NCBI GenBank assembly: GCA_964448925.1
Contig: CAYUXQ010000001.1
Span: 38,405-82,140 of the forward strand
Direction: 5' to 3'
Origin: an uncultured Candidatus Saccharibacteria bacterium
Lineage (GTDB): Bacteria; Patescibacteriota; Saccharimonadia; Saccharimonadales; UBA10212
Length of the DNA stretch: 43,736 bases
How positions within the stretch are numbered: position 1 is the stretch's first letter; every line of letters starts with the position of its first letter. Of the stretch, positions 8,347-17,341 are shown piece after piece. The notes beneath the pieces were generated by a model. It saw nothing but the letters and a program-made list of their open reading frames with translations, was not told the DNA's origin and did not search any database. The position numbers and the translations under genes were made by a program.

Positions 8347-9445
8347 AGACCCAACATGCCAAGTAGCCTACATAGGGTTGAAAGGCGAAAAAGTTGAAGG
8401 CTTACAAAGTGGCTACAAAGCGTTTGACAGTGTTTGCACTGTCCCCGCCGGTAAGTTTCGCCGTTACCATGGCGAGAGTTTTTTGGCGCATCTAGTAGAC
8501 ATTAAAACCCTGTTGCTTAATGTTCGAGATTTTTTTCGGGTCGTAAGGGGCTTTTTTGTTTCACGCAGATTACTTAAAACAATTCGCCCCCGTGTGGTTT
8601 TTTCTAAAGGTGGCTTTGTGGCGGTCCCAGTTGGTCTGGCTGCCCGCACGCTTGGGATTCCGATTATCACACACGACTCTGATGTTGTGCCGGGTTTGGC
8701 AAATCGACTGCTTAGCAGGTGGGCTGTCTTGCACGCTGTTGGAATGCCAAAGCAATATTATTCTTACTCTGAAAGAAAGATGGTTTTTACCGGAATACCG
8801 CTGAACAAAAATATATCCGTGGTCGATCGATCGGCTAAGCAGGCCTTCAAGAAAGACCTTGGCTTATCGAGTGAGACAAAGGTACTAACTGTCGCTGGCG
8901 GTGGGCTAGGCTCGGTACGGGTAAACAAATTGGTTGCGTCAATTGCGCCAAACTTGCTAAACAGATATAAAAATCTGCGAATTTTTCATTTTTGCGGTGC
9001 TTCAAACCTAGAGCAGACTAAAGCACTCTATGCCGAAAAGCTTGGTGTTGAAGAGGCTAGCAGGCTAGTACTGAAAGGCTTTAGTGACCAATTCTATAAA
9101 TATACTGGTGTAGCCGATGTAGTCATAGCAAGGGCAGGGGCTACAACGATTGCCGAACTGGCTTTGCAAGCTAAGGCATTGGTTGTCATTCCCAGCCCGT
9201 TTTTAACGGGTGCCCACCAGTTAAAAAACGCCGATATGTTAGCCAAAAACCAGGCGGCGGTGGTTTTTTCCGAAGATAAACCAGCGGACGAACTGGAAGC
9301 TGTAGTAGATTCACTCCTAAATTCTCCGGCTAATCGAAAAAGACTAGCGCTATCGCTAGCCAAACTAGCTAAGCCGAACGCGGCTAGTGAACTGGCCGAA
9401 GCTGTTCTAAAAATCGCAGCTAGCAGTACAGAGAATACACAGTGA
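8252..9445 (+). CDS. murG: UDP-GlcNAc:lipid I N-acetylglucosaminyltransferase MurG
   Basis: N-terminal G-loop LTGGGSGGHITP and the ARAGATTIAELA motif; located in the dcw cluster. Confidence 0.9.
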   Translation: MKQNTNTIVLTGGGSGGHITPLLSLAQAIKDKDPTCQVAYIGLKGEKVEGLQSGYKAFDSVCTVPAGKFRRYHGESFLAHLVDIKTLLLNVRDFFRVVRGFFVSRRLLKTIRPRVVFSKGGFVAVPVGLAARTLGIPIITHDSDVVPGLANRLLSRWAVLHAVGMPKQYYSYSERKMVFTGIPLNKNISVVDRSAKQAFKKDLGLSSETKVLTVAGGGLGSVRVNKLVASIAPNLLNRYKNLRIFHFCGASNLEQTKALYAEKLGVEEASRLVLKGFSDQFYKYTGVADVVIARAGATTIAELALQAKALVVIPSPFLTGAHQLKNADMLAKNQAAVVFSEDKPADELEAVVDSLLNSPANRKRLALSLAKLAKPNAASELAEAVLKIAASSTENTQ

Positions 9446-10311
9446 GATTGTTGCAGGGAAAACAACGGGAGCGTAAGTCAATCGCTCGCCAAACTAAACC
9501 ACCTTTGACCAAATATTACCGTTCAGACGGCGCTTCTGATAAACCTAGCCCCTTCAACAAGAGAGTCAAAAAACAATCTCTAAAAAAAATATTGCTCGCC
9601 TCGGCCGACACTCTGGCGATAGTGGCCCTGTTTTTGGTAATAGCCTATAGCTTGGCCGTCAGTGACTCGCCGCTTGTCAAATCGACCAGTAGTGCCTACC
9701 ACAACCAGCAGACCTATCAAGCAGCCGTAAAAAAAGAATTGAGTGGCATAAAAAACCGCAACAAATTTACTTTTGATGAGCAGAAGATTAGTCAAACACT
9801 TAAGCGTCAGTTTCCTGAAATAAGCTCGGTGAGTGTTGAGCTGCCAATTTTTAGCCCAAAACCTACTATTAGACTAACAATCGCAGAGCCAAGCTTTATT
9901 TTAAACAGTGGTAGTCAACTATATATAGTCAGTAGTTCAGGTCGGGCCATTACCAGTGCTAACGGCTTTCCAAACCTTGCATCACTAATAGTAGTAAATG
10001 ATGAAACCGGTTTTCGCTCATCGCTAGGACAGCAGGTTATCAGTAAAGAAGGTGTGGCTTTCCTGGACAACCTCTTAGCCCAGTCAAAAAAGAATAATGT
10101 TCCGATTAGCAACCTAACCCTTCCAGCTAAGGCACAGGAGTTGCATCTGCGAACCTCAGACACTAACTACTTTGTAAAGTTTTTCCTAGATGGTGACTCT
10201 GACACACAGATAGGTCAGTTTCTGGCGGCTAGACACAATTTTGAGGCCAGGGGGGTTAGCCCCAGCGAGTACTTAGATGTTAGAGTTCCTGGAAGGATCT
10301 ATTATAAATAG
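9442..10311 (+). CDS. ftsQ: FtsQ/DivIB-like cell division protein
   Basis: The GTG start overlaps the murG TGA (GTGA). A basic N-terminus and one TM helix are followed by a POTRA-like extracytoplasmic region. The call rests mainly on position. Confidence 0.6.
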   Translation: MRLLQGKQRERKSIARQTKPPLTKYYRSDGASDKPSPFNKRVKKQSLKKILLASADTLAIVALFLVIAYSLAVSDSPLVKSTSSAYHNQQTYQAAVKKELSGIKNRNKFTFDEQKISQTLKRQFPEISSVSVELPIFSPKPTIRLTIAEPSFILNSGSQLYIVSSSGRAITSANGFPNLASLIVVNDETGFRSSLGQQVISKEGVAFLDNLLAQSKKNNVPISNLTLPAKAQELHLRTSDTNYFVKFFLDGDSDTQIGQFLAARHNFEARGVSPSEYLDVRVPGRIYYK

Positions 10312-11011
10312 AGTAGGGTAGTTGAGTGAGCCTGGCTCTTTATGGTTATACTTGCCGTTTAGTCTTCCCGAACAATGTATATTAGAGCAAGTCAGGTCGA
10401 TATATTTATATTGATAGAGACAAAACAATGTCCCCGCTTTCCCCTCCTAGTTCGTAATTTGTTCGACAACTAGAAATACCTCGGAACTTTAAAAAAACAT
10501 ATGTCAATATAGCAAATGTGAAAAGTCAAATTTACGAATAATTGAGCAAAGCAGGGGAAATCATAAAATTATAACGAAAAACGAAAAAGTCTAATATCAT
10601 TGTGGATAAGTATTTCGCTTTTCACATCATTTCACGCCCGTGAGGAGATCATAAGGCCAGCTAAAGGCTGTTTTTGGAAGCAATGAAAGACTAGAAAGCA
10701 GTTATGGTCAAAATAAAGACATATCGACAGTATATCCCCTGTTAGGAAAGTATTGGCCTATAGCTTAACTATTATATATGGCAGACGCAAAATATACATT
10801 GTGCGACATATAATCTTTATGCCTTTCAGTATTCTGCACCGGCTCGTGTACTTAGTTTTTAATGCTCGATTTAGTTTTTTTCTGGATGCCCCCTTTTTTT
10901 ACTTATACTCTAGCCTTTGTTTCAAAAGTAGCGATGAGCTTCTAGCCGAATTGTTAGTTCGCAAAATGTTCTGAACTAGAAGTCTATTGCGAACTCCTTT
11001 TGTCTGTGAAT

Positions 11012-13645
11012 CTAATGTATTTTGACTACTAAGTCATCGACATCTGAGTTCGGTCTGAGCTCTTCAGACGGCTTGATAGGCCGAGGGGTTTGTGTGCCCC
11101 CGCTCTTGCGCCTGCGACGGCGTCTTTTTTTGGGTGTCTGATTATTGTTGCTAGCTATTTGAGTGTCTTTTATAAATGAACTTAAAATGCTAGAGCCAAC
11201 CTTGATAGGATTGGTTGCTTGAGCGGTAGGGGCTTTAGTGACCTGATTAAGTTTAACCTGAGCTTTAGGCCGCAATGGGGCTTGTTGGGCCGGCTGGGGG
11301 CTTCTGGGCGCGTCTACAGCCAAACCGGCGGCTCGTCTGACTATGGCTTCGACTACTGAGCGTTCTTGCGCATATCGGCTGCGAGACAATTCGATTATTT
11401 GAGCAGAGTTGTTCTGGGGAGTTTGTGGCAAGTTGAGTGTTTTAGCCGAAAAAGCCGGTGCTTTTTCGTCACTAATCATCATTGTAGCGACAAAGTACCT
11501 GCTGTGCTGCTGTATTAGGTCGGCAGCCTCAAATTGAGGCGCAAAGTATTTTTCTAGGAGGGGCGCGTCATCGGGGCTAATTCTAAAGCACAAAATAGTG
11601 CCGACATTTCCAAAAACTGCGTCTCTAACAGGTTCGCTCATTTGAGAAATGTACTGGTTCGCTACCGTCAAATTGAGTCCATACTTACGAGCTTCAGATA
11701 AAATTACAGCAAACGAGTCGGTGGCAAAGTTTTGAAATTCATCAACATACAAATAAAATTGTCGGCGTTGCTCCTGGGGTAAATCAGCCCTTCCCATAGC
11801 CGCCAGTTGAATTTTGGTGACCATCATAGCACCTAAAATGCCGGCGTTGTCTTCACCAACTAATCCTCTGGATAAGTTAACGATTAAGATCTTGCCCTGA
11901 TCCATTATTTGGCGGATGTTAAAGGTACTTTTGGGTTGGCCAATGATATTGCGCACCATCGGATTGGCAGTAAATGCACCGACTTTATTAAGTACTGGAG
12001 CAACTGCTTCAGAAGCGAATTTGTCGTTCCAGGAGGCGAATTCTGTTACCCAAAAGTTCTTAACCACTGGATCATCTATATGGTTGATAACACCTTCGCG
12101 AAACTTTTTATCGACTAACATCCGGGTGATGTCAAGCATCGTTGAATTCGGATAGTCCAATAGCGCAAGCAAAGTGTAGCGTAAGATATACTCCAATCTT
12201 GGCCCCCAGCTTTCTGCGAATAATCTTTTTAGCACTCCTACTAGCTCGGAACTAATATGCCCTTTTAGACTAGGGTCTGTAATTTCTAGAGGGTTAAACC
12301 CAATAGGATGGGCGGTATCAGCCGGATTGAAATAAACGACATCGTCTACCCTGCGTTGTGGTATAAAGCTCAAAACAGCCTGTGCATAGTCACCATGTGG
12401 GTCAATGACTGCAAAACCTTGGTCGTAATATATGTCAGATAGTGTCAGAAGCTCCAACGCCCCCGACTTTCCTGTCCCAGTTTGACCGAGAATGTAAATA
12501 TGGCGACCCCTGTCGCGGCGCCAAGCACCAAAGATTGTATTATCTCCCCTAAAATTCGTAACTCCAAAAAGACTTATTTCGCCTTCTTTCCCGACCTCAG
12601 CTATTGGAGTATTGGGTGGTGGTTCAGCTGTTTTGGTGGTTGCCCACAAAATATTAGGTGTTTCGACAGAGGTATGCGGTAAGTGGAACAAGCTGGCGAG
12701 TTCTTCAATATTCAGAATATAACCGCTATCAATAAAATGTCTGGCAGTAAATTCACTCTGCTTGTCTCTCGAATAACTGTATGCTTTTGCTTCAAAACCG
12801 TTTAGATTGGTGGTATTAAATTGTTTAAAAGCACCAACAGGTGCTTGCATTCGCAGGCGTGCTGTATGCTGGTCGTGGCCGGCATACAGAATGCGGATTT
12901 TAACCTGATACCCCAATTTAGTTGATTTTTCTTCTATCCCGCTAATACGGGATTTGTCTCGTTCTGACAGTTCAGTGGTCTTGGTACCTTCACCACCCGG
13001 TCCGGCTTCAGGTGGCTTTGACAAGGCTCCAAAAACTTGTGCTGCATAGGACAGCGTAGCGCCCCCAACGCCGTTCCCAAATAACCCGCTGCCGGATTTA
13101 ATCCGTGTCACCATTCGCGTGCCTTTGCGGTGCCAATCGTCTGATACAGGCCGGGCTATCATCTGGATCCACATTTCTTCGTCTTCCTTGTCGAGTTTGG
13201 CAAGGGTGGCGGTGATTGCCGCTAAGGGGTCTACTTCAAAACTCGGGAAAGTCTTAATAGGCAATGTCTCGTGGTCGCTAAGAACTAGCTCGCAGGTGTG
13301 TAGCACGGTTTGATGCAAAGTGCGGTCTGCATAATCTTCAGATTGCTCGAATATTTGAGCGGTCGGGTATTGAGCATAAACTTGCCCTTCCACGAAAGCC
13401 TTAAGGTGTTTTGGCGTCCAAATAAAAAATCGTATTCGTTGACCGATAGCAGCTATTTCGAGACTGATGTGTTCTTGGAGCGTACCGGACGATTTAATTT
13501 CTTTCTTAGTTCGTAGTATGCCATGTAGGGCGGCAAGCATCTGTTCAGCGGAAAGTTCTTTTTTGTCATTAGTCCGCGGTACTTCTAACATAAGCAAACA
13601 ATGCTCATGCGCCGTTTTCGTTGTTTTTGGTCCAAGTATTCCCAT
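11012..13645 (-). CDS. TraD/VirD4/HerA-like P-loop ATPase (T4SS coupling-protein-like) with an uncharacterised N-terminal domain
   Basis: Walker A (GQTGTGKSG) and Walker B-like (FYLYVDEFQNF) motifs are present. About 380 aa at the N-terminus have no motif I recognise. The C-terminal tail is Pro/Gln-rich and contains KKRRRRRRK. Confidence 0.75.
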   Translation of the reverse strand: MGILGPKTTKTAHEHCLLMLEVPRTNDKKELSAEQMLAALHGILRTKKEIKSSGTLQEHISLEIAAIGQRIRFFIWTPKHLKAFVEGQVYAQYPTAQIFEQSEDYADRTLHQTVLHTCELVLSDHETLPIKTFPSFEVDPLAAITATLAKLDKEDEEMWIQMIARPVSDDWHRKGTRMVTRIKSGSGLFGNGVGGATLSYAAQVFGALSKPPEAGPGGEGTKTTELSERDKSRISGIEEKSTKLGYQVKIRILYAGHDQHTARLRMQAPVGAFKQFNTTNLNGFEAKAYSYSRDKQSEFTARHFIDSGYILNIEELASLFHLPHTSVETPNILWATTKTAEPPPNTPIAEVGKEGEISLFGVTNFRGDNTIFGAWRRDRGRHIYILGQTGTGKSGALELLTLSDIYYDQGFAVIDPHGDYAQAVLSFIPQRRVDDVVYFNPADTAHPIGFNPLEITDPSLKGHISSELVGVLKRLFAESWGPRLEYILRYTLLALLDYPNSTMLDITRMLVDKKFREGVINHIDDPVVKNFWVTEFASWNDKFASEAVAPVLNKVGAFTANPMVRNIIGQPKSTFNIRQIMDQGKILIVNLSRGLVGEDNAGILGAMMVTKIQLAAMGRADLPQEQRRQFYLYVDEFQNFATDSFAVILSEARKYGLNLTVANQYISQMSEPVRDAVFGNVGTILCFRISPDDAPLLEKYFAPQFEAADLIQQHSRYFVATMMISDEKAPAFSAKTLNLPQTPQNNSAQIIELSRSRYAQERSVVEAIVRRAAGLAVDAPRSPQPAQQAPLRPKAQVKLNQVTKAPTAQATNPIKVGSSILSSFIKDTQIASNNNQTPKKRRRRRRKSGGTQTPRPIKPSEELRPNSDVDDLVVKIH

Positions 13646-13761
13646 ATCAGAGTAAGCTTTGCTCTAGGTAAGCTCTAGCACTAATTATACACTTTTCTTA
13701 GGGGTAAATCGCCACCAAGAAAAAATGACGAGGTATGTTTTTTCCTAATTCACTAAAAAAG

Positions 13762-14796
13762 CTATTCAGTGAGAGCGTAAGTTGCTTTAGCAACTCTCTT
13801 AAACTGTGGTTTGCCCTGCAAGTTAAGCAAAATAGTTGTTTCTTTAACACGACGCGTCTTAAGCACTCGGCGAACTATTTCATCACGGTGAAGCGGTCCA
13901 CTTTCTTTCTTCAGGACTTCTGCAATCACATCGGCTACAGTACCCTTTTTGTATCCCCACTCCTTGAGTGCGTAGATTCCCCGGCCGATTAACACAAATC
14001 GCTTATCTTTAATGAGTTCGTTATGGATAGCTTGGGTTGTAACATCTTTGCGTTTGAAGTCACTTTTTTTGATAGCAGCAGCAATTTCGGAAAAATGCAT
14101 TGGTTCTTTGGCTTCAAATAGGATTACATAAATTTTGTCGCGAATATTTTTGGGGTTGACCATTGGCCACTTGACTAGGCCCCAACGGTTGTTTAGATGC
14201 GCAATATCCTTAGATATACTGGCCAGCGCCTTAACATGGGCGGGGTCTTTAGAGCCAATTTTTTCAGCAATAGTTTCAATAGAAACTGGTTCGGCGATTT
14301 CTTTTATGGCGTCGATGATGTTACTAACTCGGTCTCGGATTGCCTTCTCGGTGTGCTGAGTGCTTAGTCCTACAGCTTGATAAAAACGGTCGTTATCTTC
14401 GATAACCGATAAGTCGGGGCTTAAAAGAGCCAAGAAAGCAACTCTAGATTGGTCGACTCGGGAGTTTTCTTTGGTAAAATCTTTGGCTAATTCGCTAACT
14501 CTTGCAATCTTTCCGTCACTTGTCAGCTTTTGCCCGAAACCTGTATTGATGTTGGTCATATGCGGCAGGTCTTTGGCAGCTATTTTTAGTTTGGTTAACA
14601 CAGCCTTTTCTAACTGCCTTACTCTTTCGCGAGTTATACCGAGAAGTTCGCCGATTTGCTCTAGTGTTTCTTTGCGATCATACAGACCAAACCGACGAGC
14701 AATAATTTCTCGTTCTCGCTCGCGTTCAATAGTTGCCAAAATATCGTCGATGGCACTAGCTATATTAAGTGAATTTGTTGCTGTTTCTTCTTCCAT
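13762..14796 (-). CDS. Sigma-70 region-4-like HTH protein with C-terminal winged-helix (HARE-HTH-like) repeats
   Basis: The N-terminal RRFGLYDRKETLEQIGELLGITRERVRQLEKAVLTKL matches sigma region 4, and no region 2 is present. C-terminal segments such as MHFSEIAAAI..RFVLIGRGIYALKEW and VIAEVLKKESGPLHRDEIV..FKRVAKATYAL resemble HARE-HTH. Confidence 0.6.
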   Translation of the reverse strand: MEEETATNSLNIASAIDDILATIEREREREIIARRFGLYDRKETLEQIGELLGITRERVRQLEKAVLTKLKIAAKDLPHMTNINTGFGQKLTSDGKIARVSELAKDFTKENSRVDQSRVAFLALLSPDLSVIEDNDRFYQAVGLSTQHTEKAIRDRVSNIIDAIKEIAEPVSIETIAEKIGSKDPAHVKALASISKDIAHLNNRWGLVKWPMVNPKNIRDKIYVILFEAKEPMHFSEIAAAIKKSDFKRKDVTTQAIHNELIKDKRFVLIGRGIYALKEWGYKKGTVADVIAEVLKKESGPLHRDEIVRRVLKTRRVKETTILLNLQGKPQFKRVAKATYALTE

Positions 14797-14983
14797 ATTT
14801 TCCCTGTTTCACGGCCCATTTACGCTAACGGTTTATATAATTATAAAACTTATAGTTTCGAAAGTCAAACAATTTTTAAAACTAACTATATTTTAACACT
14901 ATTTAGACAGGTAGCCTAAATATAGATATGTTAATTTTGCCACAAAAAATTGTTGCCAAACAGTAAAGCTTGTGGATAACTTC

Positions 14984-17293
14984 CTATTTTCGACTAGCCT
15001 TTCGGCGCCAGCCTGATTTGGCGGGTTGTGCAGCTTTTTCAGAGAGGATTTTTTTAGCTTCAGGTTCCGTCAACTTTTTGGGTTCGATATCTTTGGGGAT
15101 TTTGGCGTTTTGTTTGCCGTCGCTGACATATGGGCCAAAGCGACCGTTCAGGACTTGTATTTGTCCAAAGTCAGCTATAATTCTTTCGGCCTCAGCCATG
15201 GCTTTGGCTTTTAAGATGTCGCGAGCTTGGGCTTGACTGATATGTAGCGGGTCGAAATCTTTGATGCTGGTGAATGAATCACCGACCTTTATGTATGGTC
15301 CGAAACGACCAATGTCGGCTGTAATTATTTCACCCTCAGAGGTAGTGCCGACTTGCCTAGGTAGGTTGAACATTGGTAAAGCTTCTTTCAACGAAACGGT
15401 TTCGAGCTCAGCCCCAGCCGGTAGTGGTGCGAATCGAGGTTTTGGCGTGGTTTTATCTTTTTTGTCTTTTGGTGTTTCGCCCATTTGCAGAACGGGTCCA
15501 AATCGGCCGTAGCGAGCAAATACATTTTGGCCTGTTTTTGGGTCTATACCGAGTTTTCGGGCTTGGAGTGTTTCAGCTCGAGAAACCGATTCAGACTTTT
15601 CAATATGTGTGTGATAAGGTTTGTAAAAATGACTTATCATTTCTTGCCATGCGAGTTTACCTTCGGCAATATCATCTAATTCCTTTTCGGCTTTGGCAGT
15701 AAAGTCGTAGTCCATTACGCTCGAAAAATGTTTAATGAGAAAATCGGTCACAATGTCGGCTAGCTGAGTCGGTATGAGTTTTCCGCGGTCAGCACCGGTG
15801 ATTGTTGTTTGAATTTTTTCAGTAATAGTATTTTTTTCAAGAGTGAGTTCTGTCAATTGGACTTCTTGACCGTCTAGGTCTTTTTTCTCAACATACTCTC
15901 TGGCTTGAATTGTGCTAATTGTGGGAGCATAAGTACTTGGGCGGCCGATGCCAAGCTCTTCTAATTTTTTTACTAGGCTAGCTTCAGAAAATCTAGCTGG
16001 CGGTTTAGAAAAAGTTTGCTGAGCGAGTACAGATTGTCTAGTTAACTGCTGTCCAATCTGTAGTTCTGGCAGTATCCGATCGTCTTTTCCGCCGCCATAT
16101 ACCTTTAGAAAGCCGTCGAATTTGAGTACTTCTCCGTTGGCAATAAATTTATTGCGGCTACCTGTAATATTAATAATAACCTCTGTTTTCTCGATACTAG
16201 CTGCCGACATTTGACTGGCCAAAGCTCGGCGCCATATCAACTGGTATAGTTTGATTTGCTGTGAGTCCTTGCCGGCGGTTGTCTTATCAAAGTGAGTTGG
16301 GCGGATGGCTTCGTGGGCCTCTTGGGCAGAGGAATTTTTAGTTTTGTACTGTCTAGTTTGAGAATATTTTTCACCAAAGTTACTTTTGATATATTTCTCG
16401 GCCATTTTGATGGCTAAACCAGATAGGTTGGTGCTATCGGTACGCATATAGGTAATATGACCTGACTCATACAACCTTTGGGCTAAGGTCATGGTCTGGC
16501 GTACTGAATAGCCTAATTTACGCGAAGCTTCCTGCTGGAGAGTACTGGTAGTAAATGGCGGGCTCGGGCTACGCTGACCGGGTTTTTCGCTTACGGCTGC
16601 AACAGTAAAGCTAGCCTTTATGAGTGATTCAAGCAGCTTTTTGGCTGTTAATTTATTGGCAAGTTTAGTGTTAAGCTCGGCTTTTACTTCGTGACTTCCA
16701 GCTAGAAATATAGCTGTAACTTTGAAAGATTCCTGTGGTTTATGATCTTTTATTTCTCTTTCTCTTTCAACAATCAACCTAACTGCTACACTTTGCACTC
16801 TTCCAGCGCTCAGACCAGCTCGAATTTTTTTCCATAAAACGGGGCTGAGCTCATAGCCGACTAATCTATCCAAGACTCTTCTGGCTTGTTGGGCATCAAC
16901 TAATTTCATATCAACAGTTCTTGGTTTTGTGATGGCCTCAGTGATGGCTGATTTAGTTATTTCGTGAAAAACAATCCTTTTGGTTTTGGTGGGTTGCAAG
17001 TTAAGAGCTGTACAAATATGCCAAGCAATAGCTTCGCCTTCACGATCTTCATCGGATGCTAACCAAACTGTCTTGCCTTTAGCAGATTTTTTGAGGCCGG
17101 CTACTACTTTTTGTTTGTCGGGACTAATTTCGTAGTTCGGGGTAAAGTTCTTATTGATGTCCACGCCAATTCCTTGTTTCGGCAGGTCTCGGATGTGACC
17201 GAAGCTACTTTCTACACTGTAGTCACTGCCCAAAAAACGGGCGAGAGTACGCGCTTTGGCAGGACTTTCAACAATAACTAGGTTTTTGGACAT
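14984..17293 (-). CDS. topA: DNA topoisomerase I
   Basis: IVESPAKARTL Toprim start and the GHITYMRTDS active-site Tyr region are present. The C-terminus has Cys-free GRFGPY-type repeats. Confidence 0.95.
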   Translation of the reverse strand: MSKNLVIVESPAKARTLARFLGSDYSVESSFGHIRDLPKQGIGVDINKNFTPNYEISPDKQKVVAGLKKSAKGKTVWLASDEDREGEAIAWHICTALNLQPTKTKRIVFHEITKSAITEAITKPRTVDMKLVDAQQARRVLDRLVGYELSPVLWKKIRAGLSAGRVQSVAVRLIVEREREIKDHKPQESFKVTAIFLAGSHEVKAELNTKLANKLTAKKLLESLIKASFTVAAVSEKPGQRSPSPPFTTSTLQQEASRKLGYSVRQTMTLAQRLYESGHITYMRTDSTNLSGLAIKMAEKYIKSNFGEKYSQTRQYKTKNSSAQEAHEAIRPTHFDKTTAGKDSQQIKLYQLIWRRALASQMSAASIEKTEVIINITGSRNKFIANGEVLKFDGFLKVYGGGKDDRILPELQIGQQLTRQSVLAQQTFSKPPARFSEASLVKKLEELGIGRPSTYAPTISTIQAREYVEKKDLDGQEVQLTELTLEKNTITEKIQTTITGADRGKLIPTQLADIVTDFLIKHFSSVMDYDFTAKAEKELDDIAEGKLAWQEMISHFYKPYHTHIEKSESVSRAETLQARKLGIDPKTGQNVFARYGRFGPVLQMGETPKDKKDKTTPKPRFAPLPAGAELETVSLKEALPMFNLPRQVGTTSEGEIITADIGRFGPYIKVGDSFTSIKDFDPLHISQAQARDILKAKAMAEAERIIADFGQIQVLNGRFGPYVSDGKQNAKIPKDIEPKKLTEPEAKKILSEKAAQPAKSGWRRKASRK

Positions 17294-17341
17294 AGACTAG
17301 GTTAAGTCTATAAATCCATGTCTTTCTGTCAAGTTTTTTGA

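Noticed and set aside
10753-10974. A 73-aa ORF in the 700-bp gap.
   Set aside because: It has a highly hydrophobic, aromatic low-complexity sequence in AT-rich DNA, no translation-initiation signal and no family resemblance. I did not call it.
10601-14979. Two perfect DnaA-box 9-mers (TGTGGATAA at 10601-10609 and 14971-14979), which might indicate a replication origin.
   Set aside because: About 0.3 perfect boxes are expected by chance in both strands of this window, so two is only a weak excess. They lie 4.4 kb apart rather than clustered, and I found no box cluster or dnaA/dnaN nearby. This is insufficient for an oriC call. A DnaA-box density scan and a cumulative GC-skew analysis on the whole genome would settle it.
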